Positions 59,442-64,000 of a stretch of DNA of 64,000 nucleotides are shown here, piece by piece. Origin of the DNA: Parcubacteria group bacterium GW2011_GWA1_40_21 (GTDB lineage: Bacteria > Patescibacteriota > Minisyncoccia > Phycocordibacterales > GWA1-40-21); contig LBYO01000004.1 in assembly GCA_000996205.1 (NCBI GenBank), positions 4,051 through 68,050 of the forward strand, in the 5' to 3' direction. Made by a program: the position numbers and the translations under genes. The notes beneath the pieces were generated by a model, which ran no database searches, was not told the DNA's origin, and was given only the letters and a program-made list of their open reading frames with translations. Each line of letters opens with the position of its first letter. Positions within the stretch are counted from its first letter, which is position 1.

Positions 59442-59549
59442 CCCAAAATTACAAAATGCAAAAATTCAGGTCTGGTTGAGCAAAAACATTTAAAGATAAA
59501 CAGCTTTTGCGACCCGAGGACCTGAATTTTTGCATTTCGTAATTTGGGG
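59442..59549. mobile_element. MITE-like family M1, copy 3
   Basis: Same TIRs and internal ggtctggttgagcaaaaacattt as copy 1. Confidence 0.75.
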
Positions 59550-59577
59550 CATAATAAACACTCCTCAATTAAAATTA

Positions 59578-60267
59578 TCACATTTCGTAAACAACATCCT
59601 TTCTCTCCACGATTACTCTCCAGCCTTTCTTTTTTGCGCGCAAATATAGCTTTGAGTTGGGGTTGAAGCATATAGGCTCCGCGACCATTTCAAGAAAAGA
59701 AATATCGCCTTCCGTGTCCCCCACCCCCACCGAATTTTCCAAAGTCAAATTTTCTTTTTCAACGGCGCGCTTTACTATATTGGCTTTGTCTTTGATTAAT
59801 TCTTCGCTTATGACATTTCCCGTCAATTTTCCCGCCGAATCGGTTTCGTAGAATCTCCCGTACACTTTGTCAAAACCCAACTTTTCACAGAATCCGTCCA
59901 GTATTCCTTTAGGCGACTGCGAAATGGCTAAAATAAAATATTTCTTTTTCTTTAACTTTGAAATCAAATCCCGAGTGTAGCGGTATGTCCTGTTTTTGTA
60001 TCTTTCAATCACGATTTTCGCGGCGCGGTCAAAATCTTCATAAGCAATTCCTTTGATATTTTTCATAAAAACTTGCACCACCGCGTTTATATACGACTCA
60101 TAATCTCCCCTCCGGTCAAGCCACTCATTTTCCTCCATCTCGTATTCTTTGCGCGCGGAAAAATCAAAAAGCTTATTTTCAATCATAACTTCCACGAGCT
60201 CAATCAAAAGGCTTGAGCGGAAAATAGTCCCGTCAATATCAAATATAGCGACTTTCCTTTTTTTCAT
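59578..60267 (-). CDS. HAD-IB family hydrolase
   Basis: AIFDIDGT, VGDTEGD. Confidence 0.92.
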   Translation of the reverse strand: MKKRKVAIFDIDGTIFRSSLLIELVEVMIENKLFDFSARKEYEMEENEWLDRRGDYESYINAVVQVFMKNIKGIAYEDFDRAAKIVIERYKNRTYRYTRDLISKLKKKKYFILAISQSPKGILDGFCEKLGFDKVYGRFYETDSAGKLTGNVISEELIKDKANIVKRAVEKENLTLENSVGVGDTEGDISFLEMVAEPICFNPNSKLYLRAKKKGWRVIVERKDVVYEM

Positions 60268-60297
60268 ACAAGAAATAATAACATATAATTTTCATTG

Positions 60298-60369
60298 TGG
60301 ACGATACAGGGATTGAACCTGTGACCTTTCGCGTGTGAAGCGAACGCTCTACCGCTGAGCTAACCGTCC
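60298..60369 (-). tRNA. tRNA-Val(CAC)
   Basis: GGACGGTTAGCTCAGCGGTAGAGC..TT-CAC-AC..GGTTCAATCC. Confidence 0.93.
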
Positions 60370-60442
60370 TTGATTTTTCACTTAACAAATTAATTGAATT
60401 ATGCACTCCGCGGCTTAAAACACAGCCCCGTCAATAAATCTA

Positions 60443-61102
60443 TCAGCTTTTCGGCAAGCCGAACGGGGATATTTCCAATTTTATCAATTCATCCCCTGTC
60501 GCCTTTCTAAAAATGAGTCCGGTCGCGCTAAGCATTATGCTGTTGTCCGACAGAGATTCCGGCGCGCCGTATTTTATGTCGCCAACAATGGGATGTCCGA
60601 TTGAAGAAAGCTGAGCGCGGATTTGGTGGGAACGGCCCGTGAGAGGTTTGATTTTTAGAAGAGAAAATTTGCCGTTTGATTCAATGACTTCATACGAGAG
60701 CTCTGACTCTTTTGTATCTTTGCTTGCCGATTTATGGACAAAAACTTTATTCCTATCTTCGTTTTTTTTGAGATGAGAAATAATCATTCCCTTCTTCCGT
60801 TCCATTTTTCCGAAAACAACGGCGTGATATGTTTTCCCCACTTCGTGATTCCTGAATTGCTCGGAGAGACGCGATGCTCCCTTGCTTGTCTTGGCGAAAA
60901 CCATTATTCCGGAAACAGGTCTGTCCAAGCGGTGAACAAGCCCCAAGAAAACATTGCCGATCTTTTTGTATTTTTCCTTGATATGCTTCTTAACCCAATC
61001 AAAGACAGACTCCTCGCCCGTCTCATCGCTCTGTGCGAGAATGCATGCCGGTTTGTAAACAGCGATAATATGATTGTCTTCGTAAAGAATTTTTAGGGTC
61101 AT
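60443..61102 (-). CDS. RluA-family RNA pseudouridine synthase
   Basis: VHRLDRPVSG, TGRSHQIRAQ, HPIVGD. Confidence 0.93.
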   Translation of the reverse strand: MTLKILYEDNHIIAVYKPACILAQSDETGEESVFDWVKKHIKEKYKKIGNVFLGLVHRLDRPVSGIMVFAKTSKGASRLSEQFRNHEVGKTYHAVVFGKMERKKGMIISHLKKNEDRNKVFVHKSASKDTKESELSYEVIESNGKFSLLKIKPLTGRSHQIRAQLSSIGHPIVGDIKYGAPESLSDNSIMLSATGLIFRKATGDELIKLEISPFGLPKS

Positions 61103-61140
61103 TGTTTTAATTGTTTACTTGGTCTTTACTTTATGGACTT

Positions 61141-61172
61141 TTCCTCCGAAGGAGGATCCGCCTAAGGCGGAA
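61141..61172. repeat. Palindrome family D
   Basis: ttcctccgaaggaggatccgcctaaggcggaa. Confidence 0.65.
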
Positions 61173-61181
61173 TAGACTTCT

Positions 61182-62069
61182 TTATAAACTTATTCTTCCC
61201 CATCTGGCAAAAATTCCGGCAGGCAACAGTCTGCCGCTCCCAGACTCCTCAATGGCAAGCTCCCCTTTCTCAATCGCTCCGCCGAATTTTTTCACGAGTG
61301 GCGACAGATTATTTTCATAAGCTATCGCCGAATACCCCGCCGAGTAGCCGTTTATCAAAAAGAAAATCGGCGTATCGGACAAAACATCTTCGCAGAGTTT
61401 CATAAGACCGAGAAAATCATCTTCTATCTTCCATAATTCTTTTTTCGGCCCATGGCCGAAAGCCGGCGGGTCCATCACGATTCCATTGTAGCGAACTCCT
61501 CTTCTTATTTCCCTTTTTACGAACTCGCGCGCGTCATCAAGTATCCATCGGACAGGCTTGTCCGCGAGTCCCGAAAGGACAGCATTCTCCTTTGCCCAAG
61601 TGATGGCGGATTTTGACCCGTCAATATGAGCAACTTCGGCACCGGCGCTAAGCGCCGCGAGCGTGGCTCCTCCAGTGTAGCCGAAAAGATTGAGAACTGA
61701 TACAGGCCGATTCAAATTTGCCGATTTTATTTTATCAATTATCCACCTCCAATTCGGCTCCTGTTCCGGAAATAATCCGGTATGCTTGAAAGCGGTCAGC
61801 TTTATGAAAAAGCTCAGCCCGCCTAATTCTATTTTCCATTTTTCGGGAACATTCGGCTTTTTCTTCCATCCTGCCTTAGCTCCGCTATGGGCGAAAACAG
61901 CATCGGCTTTCTGCCATTCAGCAATCGGCAAGCGCTTGTTCCACAACGCCTGCGGATCAGGTCTAGACAAGATAAATTTGCCGTATCTTTCCAGCTTTTC
62001 TCCTTCTCCGCTATCCAATAATTCATAATCCCCGCCAGCCAAAGTCTTAAGTATTTTCAATTCTTCCAT
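61182..62069 (-). CDS. Class I SAM-dependent methyltransferase (RlmI/RlmK-like)
   Basis: HTGLFPEQ, VLNLFGYTG, MDPPAF. Confidence 0.9.
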   Translation of the reverse strand: MEELKILKTLAGGDYELLDSGEGEKLERYGKFILSRPDPQALWNKRLPIAEWQKADAVFAHSGAKAGWKKKPNVPEKWKIELGGLSFFIKLTAFKHTGLFPEQEPNWRWIIDKIKSANLNRPVSVLNLFGYTGGATLAALSAGAEVAHIDGSKSAITWAKENAVLSGLADKPVRWILDDAREFVKREIRRGVRYNGIVMDPPAFGHGPKKELWKIEDDFLGLMKLCEDVLSDTPIFFLINGYSAGYSAIAYENNLSPLVKKFGGAIEKGELAIEESGSGRLLPAGIFARWGRISL

Positions 62070-62100
62070 ATTTTGCCATTATATATTGAGAATTGCGATA

Positions 62101-62128
62101 TGTCATTCCCGCGCCGGCGGGAATGACA
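62101..62128. repeat. Minimal dRS3/REP-like palindrome
   Basis: tgtcattcccgc-gccg-gcgggaatgaca. Confidence 0.7.
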
Positions 62129-62130
62129 AT

Positions 62131-62335
62131 TCAAAGTGTGTAATATTTATTCACAATCTCAATCAGCCTGTTCGTTATCTCTATATGCTCTTTTTCGTCA
62201 GTAATTATTTTTTATTTATTTCCTCTTTATCCAGTTCATGGTCTAGAAGCGGCATCAATTTTTCGCATAACCCCATCGCGCGGTATTCCGCCTCAAGGCC
62301 TTTCTTCAAATCAAAAATTATGTCTTCCTTGGTAT
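62131..62335 (-). pseudogene. Degraded ferritin-like half-protein
   Basis: TKEDIIFDLKKGLEAEYRAMGLC...EEINK, a frameshift in an A-run, then ITDEKEHIEITNRLIEIVNKYYTL*; no start codon found. Confidence 0.45.
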
Positions 62336-62547
62336 TTGTTGTAAATTTTCTGAATAATCTTTTTGTGCTCTATTGAATCTTCATAGAGTACTTTCATTCC
62401 TCTCCTTATCTCTTCTCTTTCCCCAGCTTTGACACAATCTTCCACGCCGAAATTTATGAGAGAAATATACAGAGAAATAAGAGTGTCTTCAACTTTTTCT
62501 TCTTCCATAAGAGTTTCAATCGCCGCCATAACTTTTTCATTTTTCAT
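62311..62547 (-). CDS. Small helical ferritin-like protein
   Basis: EEEKVED..Y..LYEDSIEH; TATAAT 6 nt before ATG 62547. Confidence 0.55.
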   Translation of the reverse strand: MKNEKVMAAIETLMEEEKVEDTLISLYISLINFGVEDCVKAGEREEIRRGMKVLYEDSIEHKKIIQKIYNKYQGRHNF

Positions 62548-62679
62548 AGACAAATTATATATCCGCGTTCCTAAAAATGATAGCGCGGTTAAAAGATACT
62601 TATTATTCAATTCTCGTGCCCTTCATAGGAGCAGAGGGCACTGAATTTTTATAGTCGTTTCATTCCTTAAAAATTAGTG

Positions 62680-62752
62680 GGTGACCAGAGAGAATCGAAC
62701 TCTCATTATTGCTTCCACAAAGCAAAGTCCTAGCCGTTGAACGATGGTCACC
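62680..62752 (-). tRNA. tRNA-His(GTG) with encoded G-1
   Basis: G-GTGACCA..TGGTCAC-C, anticodon loop TT-GTG-GA. Confidence 0.92.
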
Positions 62753-62753
62753 A

Positions 62754-63266
62754 TTATTGTTTGTGTTTAAACAAAAACTTCTGTTTCTCTACATTATCAT
62801 AGTGAACCAATGAATGGCAATTGTGACAAAGCCAAATTAAATTTTTGACATTATTATTTTTGTGATTCTCATCAATATGATGAGTGGCCAGCACTCTGAC
62901 ATCTCTTTCTCCGCAATAATTGCAAATCTGCTTTATCTTATATCGTTTTAATATACTCTGATAAGAATTTTTACCATCTTTAAAATTCGCATGTTTTGGA
63001 CCGACAAATTCAGTATTTCTCCATTTGGTCTGACAAGATTTATTGCAAAAAAATTTACCGCTTTTTGAATGCCTTAATTGGGTCGCTGTTTTTAGCAATT
63101 CCTTATTACATATAAAACAAAATGCCTTATGTCTAACGCGAGTTCCTATATTTTTACAATTCCTTGAACAATATATACCCCAACCTTTTCTTACATTTGA
63201 TGGTCTTGGATAAAATCGAGTATTACAAATTTTGCAGAATGCAACTATCATATTATTTCTTTTCAA
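62754..63266 (-). CDS. Zn-finger HNH endonuclease
   Basis: Two CxxC..YCSxxC fingers; HHIDENHKNNNVKNLIWLCHNCH. Confidence 0.85.
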   Translation of the reverse strand: MKRNNMIVAFCKICNTRFYPRPSNVRKGWGIYCSRNCKNIGTRVRHKAFCFICNKELLKTATQLRHSKSGKFFCNKSCQTKWRNTEFVGPKHANFKDGKNSYQSILKRYKIKQICNYCGERDVRVLATHHIDENHKNNNVKNLIWLCHNCHSLVHYDNVEKQKFLFKHKQ

Positions 63267-63744
63267 ATAATCTATTTTCTTCTTTTTTATAATGATGAAC
63301 TAAAAAATGACAGTTCCGACAAAGCCATATTAGATTTTGCGTATTATTATTTTTCCGATTTTTATCCAAATGATGGACACAAAGCATCTTAAGGTTGTCT
63401 TTGCCGCACAATTTGCAGATCTGTCTGGAACTTGTTCTTTTTAGCAGATTTTTATATGAAGACGATCCCCCAGTCCAATTCGGATTATTTGCCGCTCTCT
63501 GTTGTTTTCCTATCCACGCATTACCGCAAACCTGACCACAAAAGTATTTTCCGCTTTTTGAATTTTTTAAATCCTTTAATGATTTGTAAACAGTTTTATC
63601 GCAAGCAAAACATTGGACGGTCTTTCCTTTTCTTCTTCCCTGTTCTGAACAATATATTGAACAATAGTGCTTTGCGCTTAATTTTAATTGAGATTTTTTC
63701 TTTTTAAATTCCTGACCGCAAAGATCACAGATAATATTTTCCAT
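63253..63744 (-). CDS. Zn-finger HNH endonuclease (paralog)
   Basis: Two CxxC..YCSxxC fingers; HHLDKNRKNNNTQNLIWLCRNCH. Confidence 0.85.
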   Translation of the reverse strand: MENIICDLCGQEFKKKKSQLKLSAKHYCSIYCSEQGRRKGKTVQCFACDKTVYKSLKDLKNSKSGKYFCGQVCGNAWIGKQQRAANNPNWTGGSSSYKNLLKRTSSRQICKLCGKDNLKMLCVHHLDKNRKNNNTQNLIWLCRNCHFLVHHYKKEENRLFEKK

Positions 63745-63795
63745 GTCTCCATTGTATAAAAATCATAATTGAATGTAAATACCCAATTCTGTGGA

Positions 63796-64000
63796 TTATT
63801 TGTATCTGGGCGATTCCTCCTTTATCCTCGCCTTAAGATTTGATAGTCTGGCCAGCGCGTATAAAAGACTTGAGAGACGGTTAAGGTATGAAAGTGAATT
63901 GACTCCAACTTTTAACTTGCCTTCCTCGCTCACCTCCACTACCCTTCTCTCTGCCCTTCGGGCGATTGTTCTAGCAACATCAAACAGGGCGGATAATTCC
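63796..64000 (-). CDS. PduO-type ATP:cob(I)alamin adenosyltransferase, 3' part (runs off window end)
   Basis: Manual translation ..DVARTIARRAERRVV..SYLNRLSSLLYALAR..YK*. Confidence 0.85.
   Translation of the reverse strand, partial: ELSALFDVARTIARRAERRVVEVSEEGKLKVGVNSLSYLNRLSSLLYALARLSNLKARIKEESPRYK

Noticed and set aside
62590-63790. HNH genes as part of a group I intron in a tRNA
   Set aside because: tRNA-His is contiguous and complete, and I saw no split exon or intron core motifs.
1-64000. Alternative genetic code (TGA recoding as in Gracilibacteria/SR1)
   Set aside because: Conserved genes are full length under code 11, and several (ftsK, frr, pbp2) end at TGA at the expected position.

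Overview
This window looks like a chromosomal segment of a Patescibacteria/CPR (Parcubacteria-like) bacterium using genetic code 11, with most genes on the - strand. Housekeeping genes are ftsK, recA, efp, rpsF-ssb-rpsR, tatD, metG, glyQS, recO, ileS, argS, tmk, secE-nusG-rplK (no rplA follows), mreBCD-pbp2, proS, rseP, frr and holB. It also carries tRNA-Leu(TAG), tRNA-Leu(CAG), tRNA-Val(CAC) and tRNA-His(GTG), several large surface proteins and small orphan cassettes. The main unusual signals are: (1) a four-helix-bundle plus winged-HTH gene beside ftsK whose linker and promoter carry about 14 copies of a TGTC(C/T)NTTA-like motif, including two palindromes; (2) paired, inverted heptamer-repeat arms at many gene boundaries, with the same repeats also sitting in frame inside ileS and tatD; (3) an orphan PemK/MazF toxin faced by a convergent promoter and a tetraloop-rich candidate small RNA; (4) a dCMP deaminase-MazG-thymidylate synthase operon whose ThyA is fused to MtrA-like and DUF4346-like domains; (5) tandem Zn-finger HNH nucleases ending 1 nt from tRNA-His; (6) several MITE and palindrome families and several frameshift or deletion lesions. 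All family assignments come from motif recognition by eye, and no database searches were run.
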